A DNA stretch of 64,000 nucleotides, taken from Paragordius varius. Taxonomy: Eukaryota > Animalia > Nematomorpha. The stretch lies in assembly GCA_964247055.1 (NCBI GenBank), contig OZ176052.1, positions 8,556,001 to 8,620,000 of the forward strand, in the 5' to 3' direction. The position numbers and the translations under genes are program-made. The notes beneath the pieces were generated by a model. That model made no database searches and had not been told where the DNA came from. It was given only the letters and a program-made list of their open reading frames with translations. Of this stretch, positions 53,601-64,000 are shown piece after piece. Every line of letters begins with the position of its first letter. The stretch's first letter is position 1.

Positions 53601-56600
53601 AAGTTACCTCAGAAAATAAAACAAAATATATAAAATAATAGTCCTATTAGCGTAAAAATTGTTAAATTAGGTAAAGTGTTACAGCTAAACGCGGACGTTG
53701 ATATTCAAAAAACAGCCAAATAAAACTATGATCAACAAAGACAGTAATCATCAACCTGGTTCAAAATAAACAAAGGGTTTGCCGCATGCCCCGATTACTG
53801 ACAATAACCTAACCTTTTAGCAATATATGAGTTTGTTGCATATGAAATATACTTTTCACTAATTGGTATCATAGTAGAATTTCTTAAATCCGTATCTACT
53901 GCTTGAGAATTGATCGTTAGACTAGTATGCTCACCCTTGGCAAAACTATCCAGTTTACGCAAATCTATATCAATTCCTTGTGAATAATTAGAATCATTTA
54001 TGGCTAATTCATCCACACAGTCTGGTGCAATGTTATTGGTGAGATTTGGTGAAAATTGGTTGTTTCCCATCTCTGTGTGAATGTTTTTTGAAAAAAGATC
54101 ATCAGTTTTTGTCTTTCCTGATGATGTAATTGACAAATGCGAAAAATCAAATGTCATCCCATGAATATGTTGGTGTGCCAATACCAAACTTTCAGTTTTG
54201 AAATGAGTAGGATTATGCGTGTTAAATAGGGATGATTGATCACAATGTATGTAGGCATTTACAATGGGTGGTTTCTAACCAAAAAATATGCAAAAAAATT
54301 AATATAGATCTAAATTTAACAATGGACAAAATATTATGTATATAATTGTTAATATCCTGAAATCCCGTTTTGACGGGATTATTGATCAATTTATTTAAAA
54401 ATTTTATGTCCAACCCATCAAGGGCTTGTATCATATAAACTTATATTTTTCCATTTGTTTAAACAAAGAAATTTTTAATAATAGTCTGTTATACGTTGAC
54501 AAACCTAACAAATGTTAAACAGAAATCATGTTTATAAAAAAGTTATTGAGGAATTTATATAATTTTAATAAATATAATAAATATCTTACACTTAAATCAA
54601 CTCATTGTTTGTTTAAAACCCACATCTTGGCAATAAAAGAAATCTCTCAAAAATTATTACCAATTTTATATTCCGCACATAACTGGTAATGTGTTGGAGA
54701 TAAGCGTTACCAAAATTTTCGCCATCCATGTCACTACTCTGTAAAGAAACTAATAGTAAATCAACTGCTCCATTTTCACCCAATAGCAAGATGTAAGGAT
54801 CACATATGGAAGCAGAAACAATCGGTACTGACATACCATGAAGATCAAAAGTAAAACATTGAATCATTTTATCTGTTAAAATATATATATATGGAAATAC
54901 TATATGTTAAAACTAAAAAGTTATAATAAACTAATATCAAATAAAAATATAGATATAGTGTATTTTAGAAGCAATTCTAAAACGAACCAAAATTCCCAGC
55001 TAGAATTCGATACTTTGTATAATTGTATTTATATAAAAAGATTGTCCCAAAAGGAACGTCTCTTTTAATTGTTTTTTCCATAACGTTCTACCATTTGTTT
55101 AATTGTTCAAATTGTGTTGCGGTAGATCATATTGAATTCTTTGGGTATGTTTTATGAAGTCTGCCCGCTTTACGCGCAATTTCGACTTGGTGTAATATTG
55201 TTTTTGGTATGTTGGACGGTTTTCTACGATGTATGCGAAACGCCTATCTTAACCTAACATTTTGAATCAGATCGACTATTTATCTCCAAAATAACTATCT
55301 GGAGTTCAGAATTTCATTGTGAATGAATCGAGATTGTAAATAATTTGAATTCTGATTCAAGCAATTTTATGTATGCGGATGATATTTTACTGAAAAGGAC
55401 TTCTGCGTATATTCAAAAACTTGAAAAATTTGAAATTCTATGGGAAGATTAATAGTCGATGTGATTCAAATGATTAGGTTTTGGAGGGTCAAATATATTG
55501 TAGATAACCGTCCATACTAAAAATGTTACATTACAAAGTCGACATTGCACGTAAAGCGGGCAGTCCCTATAAAACATACCTGCAGACAATTCAAGAGGAT
55601 AAGCACAACATAAAATGGACATAAATTTAGCTCATTATAGAACGTTATGGAAAAAATAATTAAAAGAAACGTTTCTTTTGGGACAATCTTAGCAATGAAT
55701 CTAAATTCGATATACATATTTTAAATAGAATTAAGAATTAAAACGAATTAAAGCGAAAAAGAATTTTAATGCGACGAGATTGGGTTAACATTGATAATAA
55801 AATTATTGTTATCTGAGCTATGATTTGGTACCTTATACAATTGTATATTAAATTTTTAGAAAAAAATTTCTATAATCATTTTTAATAAAATGTTAATTGC
55901 TTAAAATAATCGTAAAAGTTCAATTTTTCATGTATGGCTATTGAAAATTGGTTTAAATCACCAAAATTTATATAAAAATGGATATTTTTGTGACCTCCAA
56001 GGAGTAATCTAGCATCAACAGGCGTAATTTGGACAATATAACATTGTTCATTATAAGATTCATTGTTAAGTTTTAGATATAGGTTACTGGCCGCTAATGT
56101 AGGGGATTGTACATTAAACCCACTTTGTTCCAATTCAGTTATTTCTTGACCGGTTAAAAGAACCTAACCATAATTATATGTTGATAAAACCAAAAGATAT
56201 TATTAAATAAATGTAATACAAGGGACACGCCTCGTCCCCACCTTTAATATTATTTATCAAAATAAACACCACCATAAACTGAATCCATGCTTATCATCAT
56301 GCACTTTCGATTTTTAATAAGTTTTACTAAGCTACATTCGTTCAAGGTCAGTGTACCTTTTAACAAAAATACCATGTGGGTTTAGAAACTTTACAATGAA
56401 CCAAAAACAATAAAAAATCATTAAAAAAACCAATTTACATACTAATAAAAACAAATATTTATTCAAATTAAATTAAAAAATTAATTTAGGTGCGGACCAT
56501 GGGCTATGTATTTTCCCCAGAATTGGGGTCATCATAAGATGTTTACATTAATCCAAACGCTCTTTTATTTAAAATAATTTTATTTCTATGATTTATAGCA

Positions 56601-57686
56601 GGGGTATCCAACACGCGGCCCTCCGTAACATTTATGCAAACCGCAAGAAATTAAATATCTAATACAAAATTTTATAATTAAAAATGGTATTTAAAAAAAT
56701 CTAAGTAAAATTAATATCCATCTACATAAATTTTGGCAAGAGCAAGATATTAAAACGATTCGTAGTTATATTGTGCTCATAATTTATTTACAGTCTGATG
56801 GTTATAATTTAATAAATTATTTATTAATGCCCATATATTTTTAGCGAATGTCGCCCGCCGGTATTTTTAAGCCAAAAATGCGGCCGGGGCAGTCATTTGT
56901 TTCGGACATCCCTTATTTATATGAGCAAATAAGCGATTTCGGAATTATGATATCTGCGGGACTTTGTAAAAAAAGTTATATTATGTAAACAGAAGGTATT
57001 TTCTAAAAAGAATATTATTACCAAAGATGAATTTTGAACTGTTAAAAGTAGGTAGGAATGATATTCAGCTAAGTTTGTTTCATCATTGTGGTGTTCATCA
57101 TTTCGTTTATGATGTGGCTAATATAATATTTAATATATATTCTTAACCATATTTATATTTCTACAAATGATAATAATGAAAACTCTTTAAATAATTAATA
57201 AAATGGATTTTGCAGTTTTAAAAACTTAAAATACTTTTAATTCATAATCATTTGGCAAATATAATTATAATAAATATGTACCCCATACAAGGACCACATA
57301 TTTGTAACGTTAGGCAACTGAAATGTGGTTATTAATTGCGGTATAATAGATTTCTATTAAATAGATAAATAAATCAAAAATTACAACAATTATTTTACCT
57401 AAATTTTATCATAAAACTCGTTCGCTGATATATGATGTATTTTTTTAAAAAACGTTTTAACAAAAATAGCCTTAAAAATTTAAGAAAAATCTTAAAAAAT
57501 GGAAAAAATAATATAAACTTGCAATAAAGTTAGGCCACCAGACCCATCCTTCCCTGAATTAACTAACATTTCTAAATCTGGATCGGCAATAAGTTTTTGT
57601 GGATCTAAAAGATTAAAATAATATATAAAATTTTAAAAATAATGATTTTTAGTAGAAAAGGGTAAAAATTAAAAATAATTATAGAT

Positions 57687-57724
<38 letters not shown>

Positions 57725-60700
57725 ATCGAATACATAAGACAAAATGTTTACAACAAATATTTTTTAAAAAAGACAGCCAAATCTATATAACTTAATTTTT
57801 AAATGTAACTTTTGTTTTGAGCGACAAAATATAGAATAAATATTATTATACATTTCACAATTTTAGTTATTTAGTTTTTATATTATCTAGGTATAAAAAA
57901 ATATATCCGTCCGTCATATTTATCTTTTAACGTTTTGTCTTTATAATTTTCCATTTTACAGTATAATATAATTTGAAAACTAAGAGATTATTTTCGTATT
58001 AGACAATATAATTAATTATAACCAACATAATTTATAAAAAAATATTCTAAAATTTATTATTTAAATACCGTGTGTTTCTCCTTCATTCTCTGCAGATTGA
58101 GAATTAAAATCTTCTGAATTTATAAGGGGTTGACCCAAAGTGACACCACTACAAGGTCCAATGTTTAATATATAATCTTGAATCTATCTCAACAAAAAAA
58201 AATTATAAAAATCATAAATGTAGCAAATTTTAGTTAAATTGATATAAAAAATGATGTATAAAAGCCTTAATATATACAATTATTATTATAAAAAGTTTAT
58301 TTTTAATCATAGATAATAATGGAATAATTTGATAGGAACGTCAAAGCGTGATTTCCTTTTGTTACCCTTAGTTTTGTCTTACATATAAAACAACAATATT
58401 TATTTTTTAGGCTTAAATCATATGTAAAAGCCTTTACAGATGATCAATTATATGTTGTATATCAATGATAAATGTTATAAAAAAAATTAAATTCCTAGCA
58501 CAATTCATAAGCTAAAAAAAAGGTTATTTCAAAATATCGAGATGTAAGATTCCAATAATTTAAAAAACTTACACAGATACTGTATAGTCTATTAGTGGTA
58601 GAAACCGTGTCCAACGATTCGTTAGTTGACTCTTCGGGTATTTCCGATTTCATATCCTATAGCACGTAAATAAAAAAATGCAGTAAAATAAAAATTAAAA
58701 AAGCAATGGGTAAAAACTAAAAGACAATTTTTTTAATCATGATTAATTCTGATAAAATTTTTATGATTAAAATTCTAAAATAATAGAGTGTCAATTTACA
58801 TTCTTTCACAAGCTTCAATTTTAAATTAGGTTATAAAAAATTAAGGATCAAAAAATATTTTTACATAGTGTCTTTAAAATTACAATTTATATATATATAT
58901 ATATATCTTTTCAAATTTTACAAGTCGAAAACATACCTTTTCTTCGAGCCGTATCAAAAGACTATCAGATACGTGGGAGCCAATAAAAAGCAAATTAACT
59001 CCACAATAACACATCTAAATTAATAAAATGTCCATAATTAATTTATAAAAAAATTAAATTGCATATATTGTTATTAAATAGAGATTGATCACTTTGTTTT
59101 AATTAACTAAAAAATGGGTAAAAATAAAAAACTATATTTAGCTAATAGGTTGAGTCTGACCGGTTATAATGGCATTGTAAAACTAATCGAAAACCTAACC
59201 ACACATGTTTATTATGAGAGAAAAATTAATATATAATTTTTTAAAGATTTAATAAATTTTCAGCAATTTGAGTTAATATATTATGACTACTACTATTAAA
59301 ACGGTTAACATATATTGTGTTTGATTTAGTGACATAAATATATATATTTATATTTAATGACTGCATTCATAAGATCTCACACCGTTTTATTATTTTTAAC
59401 CACTCAAAAAACAAATCTTTTTAAATATACCATTTACAGTTTAAATTTCCCTTGAACAATTCAAATTCACCCGAAAAATTATGTGTTTTCGAACTAATAT
59501 AACTCATTATTAATATGAAAATATCTTTATGGCATAGTTTATTATTTTTTTAAGTATTATTTTAATTTAAAACAAAATTTCATTTCTTAAAATATAAAGT
59601 AATTTTTAATCTTAAAAAACATATATTTATAGGTGAATTTAAATTGTTCGAGGGTGAATTTAAATTGATTAGGGTGAATTTAAATTTTAAATGGTAATAT
59701 AAGTTGTATAAATTTATTTAACATAAAAATTATAAATTCTGTGAGTAGATTACACAAGTAGCGTCAACGAAATATGGCTCCCCATTATGCGTAAAAGGTG
59801 AAGTTAATTCAACCGTCAATCTGAGAGCAGCGCTATTGCTGAATGTCGATGGATCATCTATGGAAAAATAAATGAATAAATAAATTTTATGGAATAATAA
59901 TTTTATTATAAATGCTTATCTGTTAATATAAATAAGTAACATTAAATATATATCATTTAATATCAACTCATATTTTGGGGAGGTTAAAAAGATATCAGTT
60001 TTAGCTGTTATGTTACATTAATGATATATAACATTATATATATATTTATATTTGATGAGAACATAAAATTTCTGGGCAATTATCTCACTGTAACATTTTA
60101 ATTCACATACTAAGAAAGGATAGACATTAGCATAAATTGAGCATTTATCATTAACATACTTAAATACAAAGAAAAGTCTATTTGTATTAATAACCAATTT
60201 CAGTTCCGTCCGATTTGACAAATCGAATGACACAATATTTTCCCTCTTTAACATTCGTTGAACCATAATGACCATCGGTTGAAATTAGCGCTGATTTCCA
60301 ATTAAAAAATGCACCATGACACGTGTCGCGTTTTAAAACTAGAGCCATATCCTGGGGCAGCATAAATATACAAAATTTACTTTATAAAGCTATTAAATAA
60401 AAAGGCAAAAAATAATTTTTTTCTTATTTAGATAATTCAAGTATATAAATATATATAAAGGGTTTTACGAATTGATATTTAAAATGTATAAAACAAACTT
60501 AAAGATTTGATTATAGTAACTAAAATATCTGAGTTGTCACCAAAATTTAATAAGTTTTATACTAATACATATAGTGGATTTTACATGTAAAAATTTTATG
60601 AATATCGCAAAAAAACCAAATTTGAAATAAAGTTAAATAAATTTTACCAAAGATGTTGGAGTTACATAGTCTTTGGGAGCCAATTTATTAAGAGAAACGG

Positions 60701-62660
60701 AGGAAATAGGAGATGCTTTGCTTTGATTAATGTACACTATTGAATTAACTGCCAATACAATAGCACCACCTTGAAACAATAATAAAAACATCTGTATAGC
60801 TACAAAAATAAAAAATAATTCTATGGGCTATTTGAGAATAAATGAAAAAGCTTTTAGAGAATCTATTATAAATATATTGTGGTTAAAAGGTTAAAAAATG
60901 AAAGTTTTAAAAAGCTTCCTGGGCATACATTGTAAATGATATAATTATGTTGGTGAATCAAAATATTTTTTTATAAACTAAAATTTTTTTTACATCACAC
61001 AAACCTGTTAACATAAAATACGGTTACTTTAATATGCTTAATTTAAAATAAAATAGTATTTGAAACATTAAAAAATATACTCAAAATAAATAAGGAAATA
61101 ATATTTTGCTAAATTTTTTAAAACATATTAACAAGCTAATAATGTTCAAAATTATAAAAATTAATTTTTACACAACAAAAGTTATCAATAATTTTATAAT
61201 TTAAAAACCAATTGGACGAGGTACTGGAAGAATACGTATAGCATCGTAAGGTAAATTAGTCATGGACCAAATGACAGGGGAAACGCGTTGATACAAATTT
61301 ATGCTGAGTGCAATAATACAACTTGTTTCTTGTTTTGTACTAATTTTCCTATCGACAAAATATTATATTATAAGAATGTTTAATGTACAACAAAATACAT
61401 TTCTAGAATAAAAAAACAATTTAAGCTAAATCAAATATTACAAAAATTGCAATAAATAGAAGCACATTATCAAACAATGACTTACAATTACGAATTATGT
61501 AATATGGTGGAATATACATTATATTGCATTCCAAATAGTTGAACATTTATTTAACTTAATCATTGAAATGTTCGCTAATACTATAATTAAAACTTACCCA
61601 CACCAAGTTAAGGATGGCTCATACAAAATTAGTAAGGTAGGTTCATAATATCCATTAAGAAATGCAAAATCTGTGATACGTGCACATTTGGAGACAATTT
61701 GCTTTAAATTAATGATCATTGAAGGCGGGAGCCTAAAAGTGCTACTTTGGGAAGACGGCAATTTATTTTTGTCATCTTCCACAAGATTTGTGGACTGGCT
61801 AATGAATCAAACAAAGATAATATAAAATTTAAATGTTAAAAGTTTCAATAATTAATTTATTTATCTTTGAAAAATTATGTTATAAACATATAAAACACTG
61901 ATGTTCCTAAAAATAAAGTAACTAATATAATTGATAAGATTAAATGAAGATTATAAAAATAAACTGAGCTTTTTTATAGAATATTTAATTTAAAATTTCA
62001 AAATATAATTTCAAAATCTTTTTTAAATTATATGATATAATACGTTTGTAAGGACGTTGCGGATTCTCCAAACACGTTTGATAAATCATCCGCATTATCA
62101 TCATCTTCGTCCAAACCAGTTAGTCCATAAGTTTTGGACAAAGGTAATATGGCAAAAAAATGATTGTAAAATGACATAGCGACACATTTTTCAATCGGAT
62201 CTCTAGCAACTTGCGGTAAATATATGTTCGAATAAAAGCCACTCTTATTTTTAAGAAAACTTATAAAACCTTAAAATCAGGTGTTTCAAAGTTATGCAAA
62301 GATATGGTTTTAAGATTATAAACATTTGAGTCAAATACCAATATAGAAAACTAAATTTTAATGTTAGGTTTACTTTTGCATCTTTAAATCCAATAACCAA
62401 CCCATATCTATCAATATCACACAAATATACAGAAGTGAAACAAACAATGTTGTCTAAGAATTCATATGAACCAATCTTGTTCAAAAAATATTCACCTTAT
62501 AATAGAATTAAAATTAACTTTTGGAATCTATAATGTTATATATGGTTAGAATATTAGATCCTGATATAATTAAGTTTTTGTTAATTTTTGATGTGAAATG
62601 TGCAAAAACACAATTTTCCACAATAGTGGGCTTATGGATGGATTTTACTACAGTATACAT
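38688..62660 (-). CDS. CPSF1: Cleavage and polyadenylation specificity factor subunit 1 (CPSF160), >30 exons
   Basis: Start MYTVVKSIHKPTIVENC at 62660. Checked exons: 62519-62660, 62374-62495, 62270-62350, 62044-62243, 61598-61798, 61209-61348, 60648-60769, 60195-60351, 59754-59857 and 58937-59014; further exons run down to the last at ~38688-38876. Motifs in order: FKDAK, [170 protein letters not shown]. Confidence 0.95.
39000..39330 (-). mobile_element. Possible highly decayed LINE fragment in the last CPSF1 intron
   Basis: Locally GC-richer; the minus strand gives WQDRKYY..LL, resembling the RTE WQDxIxN motif, but with many stops. Confidence 0.3.
40918..41114 (+). mobile_element. hAT-like MITE family H2 copy in a CPSF1 intron
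   Basis: GAGTGGTACTCAAAATGCGGCCC...AAGTACCACTG; flanks ATATAAGT/ATTTAAGT (7/8). Confidence 0.7.
43072..43784 (-). pseudogene. Inverted duplicate of the transposase 3' half (left arm)
   Basis: Encodes the identical 91-aa ORF (43072-43347) and shares the frameshifts and the intron of the right arm. Confidence 0.85.
43951..45090 (+). pseudogene. 5'-truncated transposase pseudogene (right arm plus spacer)
   Basis: SRLAEYDALDF...PKD*RLFLD (TGG>TAG), frameshifts at ~44381, ~44492 and ~44657, and a 63-nt GT-AG intron at 44720-44782; the C-terminal 91 aa are open. Confidence 0.85.
47202..47505. mobile_element. Family F1 MITE copy in a CPSF1 intron
   Basis: Same 21-bp units with fewer copies, and the same spacer sequence; preceded by (TA)n. 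Confidence 0.7.
51665..51990 (+). mobile_element. 3' fragment of an RTE-clade LINE, antisense within a CPSF1 intron
   Basis: Translates to NVIRNVRLQWAGHVERR...SGRPYTTWLNTITKDLKSL...ARSRKD, the typical RTE C-terminus, followed by a short GATGAT tail. Confidence 0.75.
52380..53185 (-). mobile_element. Penelope-like element 3' fragment (RT C-terminal linker, GIY-YIG endonuclease and tail)
   Basis: CLPYSGFSASIGKILK..VYYKP..IYRLNCSDC..LGQSKRDIKLRYREH..SAMFLHC..H..R..KEALYI; the tail contains CCTGATGATGCC..GGCGAAA. Confidence 0.8.
55038..55690. repeat. ~650-bp imperfect palindrome (foldback element) in a CPSF1 intron
   Basis: AAGATTGTCCCAAAAG/CTTTTGGGACAATCTT termini; CTGCCCGCTTTACG/CGTAAAGCGGGCAG and CGACTATT/AATAGTCG pair progressively inward; no clear TSD. 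Confidence 0.7.
56599..56914 (-). mobile_element. hAT MITE family H1 copy in a CPSF1 intron
   Basis: CAGGGGTATCCAACACGCGGCCCTCC...GGACATCCCTT with 8-bp flanks ATTTATAG/ATTTATAT (7/8 identical). Confidence 0.8.
59428..59696. mobile_element. Family F1 MITE copy in a CPSF1 intron
   Basis: TACCATTTACAG...AAATGGTA termini with degenerate 21-bp units. Confidence 0.7.
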
Positions 62661-62677
62661 GCGGTTTTATTTCCCAT
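62648..62677 (-). promoter_or_regulatory. Out-of-frame 9-codon uORF overlapping the CPSF1 start codon
   Basis: ATG GGA AAT AAA ACC GCA TGT ATA CTG TAG begins 17 nt upstream of the CPSF1 ATG; function depends on this sequence being in the mRNA. Confidence 0.4.
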
Positions 62678-63195
62678 ATGTGCAACCTTTAAGAAAATTC
62701 AAAGATTAATTCATCAAAACGCATACCAGAACACTTTATGATCCCAATAGATCCAATATTTATTTAAGCATTTAACGTCGCATTTTAGTTATTAAATTTA
62801 ATTTTTATCTCTTTAATATAATTATTCTTGTCTATATTTGTCTGATATTCAAATATGGCACTTGGATAGTGTTTTTTTATAATGCTTTATCTCTGTTAAA
62901 TTGCTTTATTAATTTTTTTGATTAAAAGGTGTATTTTTGGGTCATTTTTAGTTTTATATTGTGAGTTAACTAATTAGGGAATCATATAATAACTAAAGTT
63001 TTTTCTATGGCTGAATGTAGAAAATGAAAATTTTATCATATCTATGCTGTTAAACATTCGGATATATATTCAATATAAATAAGGTATCACACGGTTTAAG
63101 CCGCACCAAGGGTTTATTTTGGTTGGTATATAGTTGGGATTTTGCATTAAAGCGATACACTTTAAGAAGAATATTCAAGAAACAATATTAGATCA

Positions 63196-64000
63196 AATAC
63201 TTAAAACTAATGTGACCAGATAGGCTGTTTTTCGCAGTAGTACTGGATTTTCAGAAGAGAACTGTGACTGTACTGCGCCCACTTTTGTATTGCTTTTTGA
63301 AACTAAAAAAATTTAAATTTTTATAATATATGTTTGATTGTAGGAAACATTAAAATTTGGGCAACATATTTTGATTGTTGAAAAAATTATTTGATATATC
63401 AATTACCTTTTATTTATTGAAAATTTTTTTTAGAATTTGATATAGTACCCTCTGTAAAAATAACCCCATTGCAAAGAAATGGTATTTTGGGGTAAAACAA
63501 AGATTGGCCTATTTTTAATTGGTTAACACTTTATTTTCTGCTCGAATTATACATAAAATTGAATTTAGATCGATCAAACCTCTTATGATCGCAGCCCTTC
63601 GCGCAGTGGCGTAACTAGAAATCAGTTAATGGCGTTTTCACTCAGGGTTTCCGCAAAAAACGATGCCTTAAAATTTAAAATTAACAAAATTAATTTATGA
63701 TATTTTAATAAATGTTTGATTAAGTTTAAAAAGTTTATTTTTTGTTGTAATTATCCAACGGATAATTATGGAGAAAATTGTTATTCCCGTAACATATTAT
63801 TTAAAATTTATATATGGCATATAGTTTTGAAAAACCAAGAGTTTTTTACGTTATACTCATTAAGTGGGAGGTATGATACTTAATTTTTTTCCTAAACTTT
63901 AATTTTTAATAGTTTCTTTATTTTTAAACAAATTTGAGATATTTTGTTGAAGCGTACTTCAAACTATTTTGAAGCATGATGTAAACGGTATAACACTTAT
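63196..64000 (-). mobile_element. Family B composite element copy, running off the right edge
   Basis: Reverse complement of 25810-26396 joined directly to 24180-24340; terminus TAATGTGACCAGA at ~63198. Confidence 0.65.

Noticed and set aside
60178-60194. Candidate 17-nt GT-AG micro-intron in CPSF1
   Set aside because: It gives the wrong frame and a stop; splicing 60195 to 59857 restores the protein.

Overview
This is 64 kb of a very AT-rich, intron-containing animal genome; the species cannot be assigned from the sequence alone. I reconstructed six protein-coding genes by hand. They are: the 5' part of a novel protein kinase C (epsilon/eta type, minus); an intronless mitochondrial ribosomal protein S12 (plus); a dual-oxidase maturation factor DUOXA (minus); a 10-exon, ~1285-aa ABCG5/8-like half-transporter with every ATPase motif degenerate (minus, 15315-22689; the ORF track splits it into apparently unrelated ORFs); the splicing regulator SWAP/SFSWAP (plus, 16 exons, ~909 aa, no RS tail); and CPSF1/CPSF160 (minus, 38688-62660). 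Introns and intergenic DNA are packed with non-autonomous DNA transposons: hAT, piggyBac-like, MULE-like, Helitron, TA-targeting foldback MITEs and an unclassified element with a 6-bp TSD. There are also RTE and Penelope retroelement fragments and a 3.9-kb fold-back derivative of a Chapaev3-type transposon inside a CPSF1 intron. The most unusual observations are (i) three consecutive ultra-short GT-AG introns (23, 23 and 26 nt) at the start of CPSF1, whereas every other coding-region intron I measured is >=63 nt, (ii) the apparently catalytically dead ABCG, and (iii) the ~1.6-kb-arm intronic palindrome. All gene models and family assignments come from manual reading and remembered motifs; no database searches were run.
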